NCBI GenBank assembly: GCA_002104905.1 | Contig: MCFE01000186.1 | Span: 1-64,000 of the forward strand | Length of the DNA: 64,000 bases | Direction: 5' to 3' | Origin: Basidiobolus meristosporus CBS 931.73 | Lineage: Eukaryota; Fungi; Basidiobolomycota | Shown: piece after piece, positions 1-12,299 of the stretch | Layout of the letters: every line of letters starts with the position of its first letter | Position numbering within the stretch: the stretch's first letter is position 1 | Notes under the pieces: generated by a model | Databases searched by the model: none | Told to the model about the DNA's origin: nothing | Seen by the model: the letters and a program-made list of their open reading frames with translations, nothing else | Made by a program: the position numbers and the translations under genes

Positions 1-222
1 ACCAGAAACAAGCCTGTACACTTTGTTTTGATTGCTGGGGAGCCGATCAAAGAGCCAGTTTTTCAGGAGGGCCCGTTTGTCATGACATCTGATCAAGCAG
101 TTAGGAAGACAATCAACGACTTCCGAAAGGGAGTGAATGGGTTCGAAAAAGCCATCTCCTGGAAATCCACCATCGGCACGCCTGGGTACGTATCCAAAAA
201 GTCATCGAAATCTAGGCGATGA
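1..222 (+). CDS. Pirin-family (cupin) protein, C-terminal end; gene starts upstream of the window
   Basis: Frame 1 from base 1 reads TRNKPVHFVLIAGEPIKEPVFQEGPFVMTSDQAVRKTINDFRKGVNGFEKAISWKSTIG. This matches the Pirin_C signature F-x-LIAGEP-x-x-EPV-x-Q-x-GPFVM...NGFE-x-A-x-x-W-x-S of fungal pirins. Stop at 220-222. Confidence 0.88.
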   Translation, partial: TRNKPVHFVLIAGEPIKEPVFQEGPFVMTSDQAVRKTINDFRKGVNGFEKAISWKSTIGTPGYVSKKSSKSRR

Positions 223-337
223 GCTGCCGGTGTTTTCGCAAAACTCTCAATCCTTGTGCCATATGCCCGTGGCCGTCCATGAAGCCCGAAGTGCGGGTAA
301 CGGTATGGCTAAGGCATCGCACATAGAAGCTACGAGG

Positions 338-1655
338 TCACGGATAGTTTACAATTCTGGTAGCGAGAGGGTGGCTATCTCCTCGCCAACCAAAGCCACT
401 ACTTTGAAATAAGCACACCATGAATAAAGTTCGACATACCTAAATTTCAGAATCTCATGTATGCTAAACACCACCCTATTCGTAAGGGTCGCATTAGGCA
501 TCATTGATTTCGTATTGAGGACGAGCTGCAAGTAGCTCTAACGACAATGCATCACCCCCTCTCTAGATTCAGAGCGGTAGTCAACACTAAATAGAGCCTT
601 CAACATTCCGAGTAATATTGATAGAGGTGCCCTCGTAGCCAATTGCCAAGACACACGTTTGACATCGTGCTTTGCTTTTAGAAGTAGAACCTTGCAGCGG
701 TTTCATTCCAAGTAACTAGATCATAATGAGAAATATGCAACCAACGCATCAGAGCCATCTTGCATAATGAGCTACGGTATAGCTTGCACTAATCCTAATC
801 AAGTGAAGATGCCTCCAACAAATCCAGAGACGCTGCCTACCGCGCATTAGGAGGCAATATTTCACACGGATGATGGCACGATGTTGGGAAACAGATGATA
901 TGCGGAGCGTTTAAAGAAACTAGTTGGATCAGGGACATTCAGACAATAGGAGCCAACCCGCTTTCTCGCTTCAGCACGCACCGTGAAAGGAAAACCGTAG
1001 GAGGGAAGCGCCAATGGCCTTTCCATAAAAAGCACGCCAGCCTTGGACGCTCGTACCTGAGGCTGATTTGGTTGGTATATCAAGATGCATCATTCCAAAC
1101 GAGATCTAATATTGGTACATTTCTTGGAGTGTGACGTAGATATATTTCCGCGAGTCATAATTTGACAAATTTTCTTCCTGGCAATTCTGTAGATGATGCC
1201 TCTGGAGACACATGATAAAGTATACCCTGTGATATAAAAATATGCAACTCAGCACAGCAAGGCATTAATAATTGAAATAAAAATCCATTTTGACCATCAA
1301 CCGTGGTGTCAAGTGCCAACCAGGCAAACCCATTGAGATATCAGGAGATCAGAGAAGCGTGACCTCCCCTTCATGGTACATGTACATCAATCTCAACAAC
1401 ATCGAATAATATACATCCCAATTTCAGGTCGGATTCCGAGCGCCATGAATTGGATAATTTGCGGGTTTTTTTGACCAAGCATCTTATCACGAAGCAAATG
1501 TCTCTGATCTACTGAGTTTGCCGAAATATTATCGAATACTGAAGACCGCTGATTCCTGCTATTATATTTAATACTACTGTACGTTTATTTATCCTAGGCC
1601 GGGTGGGATTTTAGCACTGCTACGAGTATTTATAGGGAGGCCTTGCCGTGGACAT
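338..1655 (-). CDS. Possible multi-exon hypothetical gene, divergent from the lipase; structure unresolved
   Basis: Several protein-like minus-strand segments occur (RCKVLLLKAKHDVKRVSWQLATRAPLSILLGMLKALF; LVLNTKSMMPNATLTNRVVFSIHEILKF). A ~41-nt GTATGT...AAGTAG intron joins in frame to SGFGWRGDSHPLATRIVNYP-stop. CpG content is gene-like. No family recognised and no complete model built. Confidence 0.25.
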
Positions 1656-1744
1656 CTTCTTCGAACAAACTTAGGCTCTTCATTAATATCAACTCAAACC
1701 GCCCACTCAGTATTGCCCTGTTTACAAGCCGAGGTTGAACCGCA

Positions 1745-3099
1745 ATGAGCGCGTCTGTTTTTTCACTCACTTCACATTTGCGCCAAGTACTACAGACATG
1801 TAGCTCGAATCTTGCAGTGGCCTGCTCATATGCGAAGTCCAAGGTGTTGACCCGCATTACAGCCACCGAGGACTATAAATCTCAGCCAAGTGTCCAAGAG
1901 TCAGTAATATACCACGATTTTACCAACCAAGCCACTGTTAGAACTACATATAGAGCCCCTCGAAACCCCATTGTTTTGTGTCACGGTAAGTTTTGAAACT
2001 GCCTGAGATTTTCTGTAGTTGCCAAGAACGAAGCTGACTGAGATGTACAAATCATTCTGGTGGTTTTTTAATAGGCCTTTATGGTTTCGATAAGATGGGT
2101 TAGTGTCCATATTGATGGAGGCAAGTTGGCGAGCAACAGAAAAGGCTTATCCTCGTCGTATTTTAGGGCCCGCCTCCTTCCCTGCCCTCCAGATTCATTA
2201 CTGGCAGGGTATTAAAGAAGCCCTCGAAAAGTTGGGAGCGAAGGTGATTGTCACCGGAGTGTCCAAGTAAGTTGGTTTTCAAGACTGGCGAGGTTTGCTA
2301 TTGCCAACACACCTGTAACCCTAGGACGGGTGAGATCAAGCGGCGTGCGCAAGAGATACACCGAGTATTGGAGATAGCGGCGACTGGTAGCAGGATCAAC
2401 TTCGTTGCCCATTCAATGGTAAATTTTCTTGAATCCCATCTGAAGCTTAGAAGCTCAACGAAACCATAGGGCGGTTTAGATTGCCGGTATCTCATTACCC
2501 ATTTGAAGCCCGAAAAGTACACTGTAAAATCCCTGACTACACTTTGCACGCCACACCGAGGAAGTCCGTTTATGGATTGGTGTAGAGATCAATTTGGTGT
2601 TGGGTTCGTTTCTCTGGGGGATGTCACGCAAACGGTTTATCCCGACCGGATGAAAAAACAGCGATCAATCATCAGATATCTGTCTCCATCGGATCCCGTC
2701 TATCCCCAAGGGTTTCATCCCGACTTCGGATGGGTCAGTTTCTTGCTTGACGAGCCAGCCTACGCCAACCTTACCACTGACTACTGCCAGAAGTACTTCA
2801 ACCCCAACACACCCGACTCCCCCGACGTGGCCTACTACTCGTATGGAGCTCAGGCGAAGTCTCTCTCCTGGGCCTCGCCGCTGTGGTTTACCCACAGTAT
2901 TATCAAGGATCAAGAGGGGGAGAACGACGGCCTGGTGAGCCTTGGATCTGCGCAATGGGGTAAATACTTGGGAACCATAGAGGCCAATCACTGGGAACTT
3001 AACAATCGATTCCGCATCAGCACGATTGGCCAGCCCAGGTTTGACGCTGTTAATTTTTTCCTCCAGGTAGCAACCAACCTGTACCAGGAGGGTTACTAG
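1745..3099 (+). CDS. TGL2: Triacylglycerol lipase 2-like alpha/beta hydrolase, 5 exons
   Basis: Exons 1745-1985, 2075-2098, 2167-2266, 2325-2418 and 2470-3099 splice in frame through GT-AG introns. Motifs: APRNPIVLCHGLYGFD, nucleophile elbow AHSM|GGLDCRYL, LTTLCTPHRGSPFMDW, ENDGLVS, and NHWEL (catalytic His), all typical of fungal Tgl2. Confidence 0.9.
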
Positions 3100-4155
3100 A
3101 GCTCAGCATGGCGATTTGACGTGTGCGTGCAGAAGGCTTGACCCTGCCTCAACTCTAACCTGGCAATCAACATTAATCCACTTGTAATTTTCCATCGGCA
3201 CCTTTGCCATCCTCCCAGATAAATCCTAGCTTTACACCCTATTCATCAGATTTCCAATCTTTTTTGCACTTTTGCCCATGTGTATTTCACCAATTGCGAT
3301 CTCCCTCACTTGTACAAATAAATTGTTGGTTTCTCCAATCCTCATTTGTAATTGAAACCAACCCCAATATCCTACACATCATTTACGATGACTCCATTCA
3401 CTCGATCGTACTCCTCGAGGTCGAGAGCAGTCCGTTGGACGGCCGGAGTTTTATCAGTCAGGCCCCGCTGTGATTGGTGGTATCGACCTTTGCACACGGA
3501 TCGGCCTTACCAAGTTTAATCGAAATAAGTGGGCTAATCCCGTCTTGAGCATTTAATCTCCGGAGGCGCTAGAGGCTGATGACTCATAATCCTGACAATC
3601 GGGATGTGGATGGGCAGAGGTGGAACATTCCAGAGAGTTTTGGGCCCAGGGGCTAGGCGGCTTCAGGATTTCCAACCAAGACAATCAAGGACCTCGGAGC
3701 CATGTACTTGGGCGATCCGAGCCCCAGACAATCTTTGCTCGGGTGGCCGGTGGATGCATAACACCGATACAAGCCACGGTGGTCGGATCCTACCTTTGTT
3801 GTTTCCGTCCAACGCAAATCCATCTCAAGTGAATTCGCAGCTGGTTTTCTTGGGCCACAGGTCATTCGAGTTTGGTACCATTAATGAACCGAGGATCAAA
3901 AGATGTGCAGGAACCGGCTCAATCTCTGATTAAAGCCATCCAATATGTTGTTTAACATCTCCGTAAATTTAGCGCTGGGTGAACTATCCACGTGCTTAGC
4001 CAAAGTTGGTCTGAATCTCAACCATGGCTTGAGTTGGTCAAATTTTGAGATCAGACATACACAACCTCCACCCCGAGTAAAATATTATTTGCTTCTTGTA
4101 TCCCTAGGCATGTGGCAAATGCCAAACTATACCTTAACTACGTGCATCTCTTACT

Positions 4156-5189
4156 ATGGGTAATCGGTCAATTTGCGTATTCTGTAGCTCCTCCAAGAAT
4201 GTCAAGCCGGAGTATATGCAGCAAGCCAGAGGTACAGTATTTTCCTCGATATTCGCCGGTATTGCATTCGTCTTACTGAACCTAATTCACCGATAGAGCT
4301 TGGAAATGAGTTTTTGAAAAATGGATTTGATCTAATTTATGGTACTTCACGCACACGCGCTTTCTCTTGTTAGATGTACAAGATACTGATGTGGTTTGGC
4401 AAAGGTGGTGGAACAGTCGGTATCATGGGTGAAATTGCCAGAACTATCCAATCGGTAAAGGGATTCGGGTGTTCCGTGACTTTTCCCCTTTCTCATATCT
4501 ACTTTGTAGGGTGGAGGTAAGGTTACTGGCATCATCCCCACTCCTTTAATTGGTACGTAAAAAAAAACGAAACGATATTCGTGTCAACAAAGTGGGCCTT
4601 CTAATATGACATAAAAGAGCACAGCGGCGAGTGCATTGGTGAATCTATCGAGGTTTCTGACATGCATACTCGAAAGAGTTTGATGCACAGCAAGGTATTT
4701 TCACGCTTCGGTTGCATAGACTTTGCGTTATTAGTAACTTGTGTAGTGTGATGCATTTGTTGCCATGCCTGGTGGTTACGGAACCATGGAAGAGCTGCTT
4801 GAGATGATAACCTGGTAATTCAAATCACGTTTTGTTATTTTAACCCACGCCATTCACCATCATCTTCGTCGCCTCAAAGGTCGCAGCTCAGCATCCATAC
4901 CAAGCCGGTCATCATTTTCAACGTCAATGGATTCTATGACCTATTCCTTCAATGGCTTGATCTTTCGGTAGAAGGTAATATCCGATATCCCCCAATATGA
5001 AACTGCTCTTTAACATGGGAAATTCTCCGACCTGTAGAAAACTTCATCACTGCTGGCAATAGACAGATCGTTGTCGCTTGCAACACTGCCGAAGAGGTGA
5101 TCCAAATGATCCAATCCTACAAGGTTCCTGAAACCACTTATCAACTTACCTGGAAGCAAGAAGAGCGCGAGAAGTTGATCCCTCTCTGA
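4156..5189 (+). CDS. LOG-family nucleotide phosphoribohydrolase (cytokinin riboside 5'-monophosphate phosphoribohydrolase-like), 8 exons, 201 aa
   Basis: Not in the ORF track; assembled by hand. Exons 4156-4231, 4297-4341, 4405-4454, 4510-4552, 4618-4694, 4747-4814, 4880-4974 and 5038-5189 total 606 nt. The protein has SICVFCSS, LIYGGGTVGIMG, VTGIIP, MHTRKSLM, DAFVAMPGGYGTMEELLEMITW (PGGxGTxxE LOG motif) and HTKPVIIFNVNGFYD. Confidence 0.93.
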
Positions 5190-8100
5190 TTGTACGAGGG
5201 AGAGCAAAACGCGATAGTTTGATTACAAAATAAATCAGCCAGTTCCACCCAAACTTTTAGGATTACACCAGTATATATGTTGGACGATGCAATCTGTTTT
5301 GTTTCGCTGTTTAACGTTGATCAACAGTGGGAGTGGCGCCAACCCCGATACATGTACTGTCGCTCAGCAACAGAGTTACGTTTTACGGCCCGAGACTTGG
5401 ATGACAAAATTCATTAAGCTACCACCATGGATATCAAGTTGGAACGAATCGAATTTTTTCTCAAGTACCATTTTCGATTCAAGCCTTGGGTGAGGAATTC
5501 TTCGGTTGATAATCGATTTTCTAGAAACATTGAGCCGCCCTCATATGAATCAAAACAGAGGACAATGAACGCTGTGCTTGATCAGGTGACTGGGGTCACA
5601 CGCCCAGGATCTGAGATCAATGTGCTCGCAGGGATTTCCTCAAAGGGCATTCCACAAGACATGAGCAGGCTCTTCTTGGTTGTGCTCAGCTAACTCCAGC
5701 ACACTTTCCTTTAACGTATCACGTGTATTTGGTATCTGACCAGATCGAGTCGAGAACCCACCAGACACTCGTTACTATTTCAGCAGCGCACCATAGCCGG
5801 AGCCAATACCCTTGCGGTAGAGGCCAGATGTCATGACAAATTAAGATGAAAAGTAGCTGTATACATTCCAGAAAACCGGTTTCCCTACTGTATACTCCAA
5901 CACATGTTGGATCGCGATGGCCTATATGCTGTGCGTTACCCTGGGCTGGGGAGTGATTGGAGGGAAAGGGCCATCCCAATGCGCATCCCACACGATAATC
6001 ATATATAGTAAAAAATCATAGCGATCATGCTCACAGTTTCCATACATGAACCTCAACCGTCTACGCTCGAAAAGCGACAAGCGGTAAGCGGAAGGTCACC
6101 TTGCACATGGAAGCGGGTCATGCAGATGGCCTAATTGAGGACCCATTAGATCACGACCGCGATGATACAACGTTGTCGTTCCATGAGGGCCGTCCGCGGG
6201 GCTGGGTGATGAGTACTATCACCCTATGATGGACGGAGCTGTGTGATGAAAATTTTCACTTTCACATGATGCAATTCCGTTCACGAGCATATGATCTGGC
6301 TCCTCTCGCCATAGAAGCCAGCCCTACCAATGCCGTTCCAATTCCCAATTCCTGCATTCGTGCGATCTCTGGGACGAGTGAGCCGTGTAACGAAGAGGCT
6401 GCCTACGGTATCGTCCACTACTCCAACAGCGGGCCAATGAAGATACGAGGTAATAATGGTGTCCAACCCAGGGAATTCCTACCAAAAGGTTGCTACACTC
6501 CGTATTTCCTAAGCATGTGTCGGCCACATTGGTTTCCTGTGTAGGCCCATTGTTGAAGCCCTGTCTGTAGCTGGTGCCACCATTCCTTTTCCTGATACGC
6601 ACACTCGTAATTACTGTCCTGGAGACGTAGTGGCTTGACGTCAGCCGCAACAAATGATCTATTTGCCATTTTCAATCGCCCTATCAATTCGGTGGCCACT
6701 AGCAAGAGCCCCTACCCATGCCAGGCTCGTAGTGTGTAATTAGAAACAAATATGGATCGCTGAGGATACATGTGCAAAGGTGGGCTGTAGTCCTGGCGGA
6801 ATCGTTGTAATTGGCTCAGAAGCGACGAAACCTGCTATACGTTTTGCAGCCCCTCATGATGGGTGGGTGCTGATGAGTATGACAGCAAGAAACGAGTGGG
6901 GCAGGTTGGGGCTGCGTTCTTGGCATCCATCCCGAGGCTGGCGTGCACGACTGTGGAGTTCAACCCCTCTTCTGATCTAGCCTTCACCAAACCATCTTTG
7001 GCTAGCCGTTATTTTTCCTTAGCCACCCTCCCTATTGGTTGCGCACCTTCCTGAGGGAAGATTGCCAGGGCGAATCAAGATGCGTGCATGGCGATATGCG
7101 AGAGGCACTGGGACGGTGGGTTCGCGGGCGGTGATGAGCGCTTGGCCGTCAGACCTAGGCCAGGGATTTGCCGGCGAGGGCACTGGGTTGTGTGAAGACG
7201 TGTCACGATGCAACCCATGTGATCTTGATCAATTCGACCGTGAATCAGAGAGAGTGAGTAATGTCGATCCTAGGCAGATTTCTAGAGCAGTAGGGATTGA
7301 GATGAGTACTAATTGGCAATACAGGTTTGCCTCATGATTCAATTGTTTCTCAGATTCTGGATGATTCGAGACTGTCCCTAATTGGCTTATCTCGAAGATG
7401 TATCAAAGATCTGGCGGGGATAGCGTCAATCCAGATAGATCATTTTCTTGTGTGGTTGCGTATTTGCCTCTAAGCCAGTTCATTCAGTGTGACTATTCAT
7501 GAGATCTGAGTGGCTGGACGAAGGTTGTGCATCAATTCCCCATAGCTGACAGCCTTAATGTGATTGTGTGTGGGCGACCCTGTGTCATGGAGGGGAGATA
7601 GTGGTGATCACTACGCTGCACTTAACTCTATTCTCCAGACAGAGGAGCAATGTTACATCGACACTTGGATGGGGCTGGTCGCCCTGTAGATCTACGGCGG
7701 ATATGGAGCGAATACCAAGTGTGGCTCAGTTGGTGAGCACCTGTTCACCAGATGCCCAGCATATCGAGACAACCCAGTTACACATGTGGCCTTCGTGAGC
7801 ATCCATCCCAAAAACCAGCTTAATTGCCAAATATATTTGGAGATCTTTGACCAAGTGGTTTGCGGAAATCTCGGAGTTTGCCAAGAGGATATGGGAAATT
7901 ATTGTACCAACTTGGAATTGCCTCACCCACATTTGTAGCCATATACTGCCACCGTATCTCCCATTATAATGTCCATTACTATACCTATTCAACCAATAGA
8001 CAGGATCTAACCAAGATAGAAAAGGCAGATCGTCCGACCTGTGGCGATCTGACAATGCTTAAAGGCAGAGATGAACCAGAGATCTTCCCTTACTGCGATT

Positions 8101-8305
8101 TGTAATTATTTTTCTCGTTGATCTTTCCAAGATTCGCTCATTTCATCAGCAGAGGTCTATTTCCTTCCGATACGGATATATTCCTTGCTTATAGTAGCCA
8201 CGAACACCACCTTTTCATGTACACAAAGTCTCGCTTCATCAAAGCTTTCTTGAGAACAGTTTACTGAGATCCCTTCATTGTTTTGCCCCCCCATTAACGT
8301 CCTGA

Positions 8306-9061
8306 ATGTCGCTAAATAACGGTAGCCTCCCACATTTTCGAGATTTCCCCGATGATTCTAATCGACAGCATTTATGGAAGGAGCCCCTAGAGGATATCAA
8401 GCTGCTCGGCTCTCCCCCTCCCGAAAGGCCCCGCGAGGACAGGCTGCTTGTCCTTGAGCCCAGAGTGCAGACCGATACCCTGCACTACTGGCGCGGCGAA
8501 CTTGATAAGAAGCTGACCAACTCGTACCTTTCTTCGGTTGACAGAACTCCGCAATCTCAACCAAAGGGTAGTTTCCCGTACTGCGGAAATCCCACGTTTC
8601 CCATCTTGCATGACACCTCCGACAAAAAGCCGCCTCATTACTTCTCCAGCACCCCCTCATTTCGAGCAGTGGCAACGGTAGATCTGACGAAGAATGATGC
8701 CACGCTCTCTGTCCACTCCATTTCTTCCGCCGAAAGAACCTCCGTTGCCACAGCAAGCTCCCGCTCGTCCTCAGACAACGAGCCTGTCGAAGATCGGGTC
8801 CAGGAGTACTACAAAGGCCCAGTCTTTATGGCGCTGTCTCGCAACACCGGCAACAGAAAGCATATATGTGCAGTTTGCCAGAAGAGATTTTCACGACCCA
8901 GCTCCTTGAAAACCCACATGTATACGCACACTGGGGAAAAACCCTTCTTGTGCCCTTACGAGGGCTGTCGTAAAAGGTTTTCGGTGGAATCGAATCTCAG
9001 AAGGCACCTTAGGCTACACGCCATGCCGGCCACCGAAAGTAACGGTCCGGAGGAGCTTTAA
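8306..9061 (+). CDS. C2H2 zinc-finger transcription factor with two C-terminal fingers (MtfA-like finger pair)
   Basis: Single 251-aa ORF with a low-complexity Ser/Pro-rich N-terminus. C-terminal fingers: HICAVCQKRFSRPSSLKTHMYTH-TGEKPF-LCPYEGCRKRFSVESNLRRHLRLH. Confidence 0.92.
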   Translation: MSLNNGSLPHFRDFPDDSNRQHLWKEPLEDIKLLGSPPPERPREDRLLVLEPRVQTDTLHYWRGELDKKLTNSYLSSVDRTPQSQPKGSFPYCGNPTFPILHDTSDKKPPHYFSSTPSFRAVATVDLTKNDATLSVHSISSAERTSVATASSRSSSDNEPVEDRVQEYYKGPVFMALSRNTGNRKHICAVCQKRFSRPSSLKTHMYTHTGEKPFLCPYEGCRKRFSVESNLRRHLRLHAMPATESNGPEEL

Positions 9062-9399
9062 GGTTCTGCCTACGTAGAAGACGGGACACCCATATTCCTT
9101 TCCTACTGCACAGACCCGCCTTCGCTCTTTTCTACCACTCATGTTCTCAATGTATTGTAAAAATTTTGCTTTGTTTCGTTTTTTCAATAATCTCCACCAC
9201 GGCATATACTCTCAATTCCCCATCCCCTACCTTTCGTTCACTCATCCCTGGACCCTTCTGACCATCTAGCATGCACTGTATGCCTCTACACACCACAGAC
9301 CCCACAGTGAAATGGCCAGCGAGAAACGGCCATATAGCTAGAACGTAGATTAATTGCAAATGTACCATATGTATTTTGTTAGGTGTAGTCAACCTCAGA

Positions 9400-11800
9400 A
9401 AAGCTCATAAAAAATTTCTACCTAAGCAGGAGGGTGCATGGGCCTTGCCCAGCCCTTGTCCCGACAGTCAACTCAGCCATGAAACGAGGGGGCTTTGATG
9501 AGGATCGATTCGGCAGGATTTCACCAAACCACGGCTACCACCTGGAATTTCCACCGGTGGATGGCGGAAATTGGCCACCGTGTCGCATTAGGCCAAGCGA
9601 GGGAGCCAGGGAAGGGTAGAGACCCACTCTCGAGGGCAGTAGGATACGCATGTGCTGCAAGATGAATGCTAACATAGCGTGACTCCAAGAAGTCCCTCGT
9701 GGTCTACCTAGATCCAAAAGGATGAGGCTAGTAAGCAATTCCCGCGGACAAGTCGGTTTGCGGTCGGTGACGGAGTACAATCCAGTTCTGATCCATGAGT
9801 GCATAGCAAACGGGATCACAATGACCGGATGCCGGGCAAATATGGAATGTTGTTGATCCATGTGCGACACGATGGATTCCATGGAAATAGGAATGTACCG
9901 TGGTGGATGCTGGCCTCACCTCTGGTGCTGCACAGCCAAGAAGTGCTCCGCCATTCAGAATGGGCTCTCGTGTGTAGCGGGATTCCTTTATTCGGTCCGA
10001 GCGCACAAACGGATCTGGAAATCCGAAGTCATCCACCCCGTATGACCAGGGATTTCTGGCGGGCTCCTTGATGTCACTGGCGTTCGATATTGGCTGACCG
10101 CGATCACAATCATGCCAGATTATCCGGCCATACCACCTCTCCCCCGCCCTTCCCGCCTAAAACACTGGCTGCCGGTCGCATTTCCCTTTCACAACCACCA
10201 GATCTGGGGCCGTTCAGGATTCCAGGATAGCTGGTGGCCCAGTGGCTCGTATGCCATTCCAAGATGGCCAATTCCTTCTCCACAGGTATCCGCGATCCTG
10301 GCATGCTCCGAGCAAGCAGGACCAAGAGAACGAGTCAACCAAGAGGCTATATGACGCTATTGAAAGAGGGATCCTTCGATTCATCATCACTATGTGGCAA
10401 GTACCCCGTGCATCCTGCTGTTATAGGGCGTGCAAAGGCAAATCCAATCTAACGGTCTTGTACAATTACCACGCAGAAATAGCGCTTCGGTTCGGCTGGC
10501 ATGTTAGGATAGCCGACCGCTTCAACCACGGAAGCTGATATCGCTGGCTGTTGAACAGATCCATGCAGTCCCATCATTGTCGCAATACTCACACCAATGA
10601 AAAAGAGGCCAGGGAAAATTTGCCATCGCTGTGTGCCCCATGTGTCTCTAATCCTGACCACGGTACACATCGAGATGCAACACCTGCCATTTCCATGTGG
10701 ATGGATCTCACCAACCGACCTCTGGATGGCAATGAGGAGATTCCACGCCATCCGCAAGGATACTTTCGGTCCCTCCCAGATATGGATATTTGAGAATCCG
10801 GCTCTCTAGATTGCACTCCATCGCATATTCTCAAGGTCCAGCGATGCCACAAGGGAGGCGCTGACTGGCTCCCGGGTTGATTGCATCAACCGTTGTGTAT
10901 TGGACACATCGGACTTGAGCATCATTTGTACGACTGACCATCTTTTGCTAAATGGAACTAGCACTAGTGGGCAAATACAAGGTTGAGATGATCCACATCG
11001 TGCCAATTGGATACATGCCATTCACATGCCAGTGATTAATGGTGTCCGTCCTTCTGGTACGCCAAACGGCAGTGTTGGAGTGTAGAAGCAGGGTTGGGTG
11101 GAACAGGATCCTTGATGGTGGGTTCCCTTCGTAGCGTTTCGAAGCTTCTTAAGAACCACCCGAACTTGAGGGCGGGACGAAACGGGTTTCTGGGATTCGT
11201 GTTCTAAATATGATCTACGTTGTTCAGCAGGCGCTGAATTGCTGAATACCGACTACCACGCTAGCCTCAGATACATGCACTTGTTATTATTATGACAAAT
11301 CCTGGGCTGAGAACCTTCCAGGCCTGGCCGAGGATGCGTTAATACTTTGTCCTTATCAATCATTTCAGGTAGCCGGGGTTACCGCCTTTCACACACTCGG
11401 TCGTACTCGCACTGTCATTGAAGACCACCAGGATGGGCAAGGTTTACAGAAAGATAGTGCGCTTCAAATCCTTCAAAAGACCGCCCACCATTGCACAGAC
11501 TCACACGCTGCATCCTCCTTGGTTTCTCCCACGTTACGGCAAGGTTTCATGCGGGACTTACTGAGGCCGAAGGTCAACCCACCTCACATTCTTGCGTGGG
11601 GGTGAATACGAAACGACCTCCATGGAGTTCAAGCGATGCTGGAGCCACTCGGAGAGTCCGTATGATTCGATGGTTATTGGTGAACTTGCATCGGTTGGAT
11701 AAGCAATCCACACGATTTATTTCTCGTACGACGACCACCAGATCTACTGGGAATCAAACAACAAGCAAGCCCACCATCTGGGTCGAGTTCCATTCGGATC
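9400..11800 (+). pseudogene. Extremely degenerate Ty3/Gypsy pol relic (RT to integrase)
   Basis: Only faint motif shadows in the expected order, with many stops and frameshifts: HGYHLEFPPVDGGNWPPCRIRP (RT N-terminus), FHNHQIWG...SWWP (integrase H2C2-like) and DKSWAENLP...GVTAFHTLG (integrase C-terminal part). Boundaries approximate. Confidence 0.35.
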
Positions 11801-12299
11801 ACGATCGATCCTTCATTACATTCTTGTTCCAAATAACCAGTCTCCCGTCCAGTTGTACACAAACACATACACATACACACTCATCCTTTCAGTCGCTAGA
11901 TCAGGTGTACCCGTTTAATCTGGTGGTTTACATACTGCAAGCAACTGCTTTCTGGCAGCTCCTCAGCTGTGCCCTTATCCCATAGGGTTGTTCACATTCA
12001 TTGGTAGAGTTGCTGAGTGAATAATTCAGGAGTATTACTTGATTCGAGGGGATTCTGGATTGAAAAAGCTCCCCTGTAGCTCAGTTGCCACCGCCTATGT
12101 TCACCTCCCCTGCAAAATCCATTGGGGCCATTATGGATATGCCAGTTGACTGGTAATGGCATGCAACACATTGGCGTATTGGGAAAAAAACGAAGGAGTT
12201 ATACTTTTGGTGGAACCTTACGAAGTCAATTCCAGCACGCCCCACAGCACCGAGGAATCGTCGAAGATGTCCTACCAAATCGATCCAGGAGTTCAACCA

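Noticed and set aside
4347-4541. Minus-strand 64-aa ORF that looked protein-like
   Set aside because: It is the antisense shadow of LOG exons 3-4 and their introns.
5250-8100. Short ORFs between LOG and the C2H2 gene, with faint protease- and gag-like words (LINSGSGAN, LVGIPWV)
   Set aside because: The motifs are too weak and not in consistent order or strand. This may be another ancient relic but cannot be supported without a profile search.
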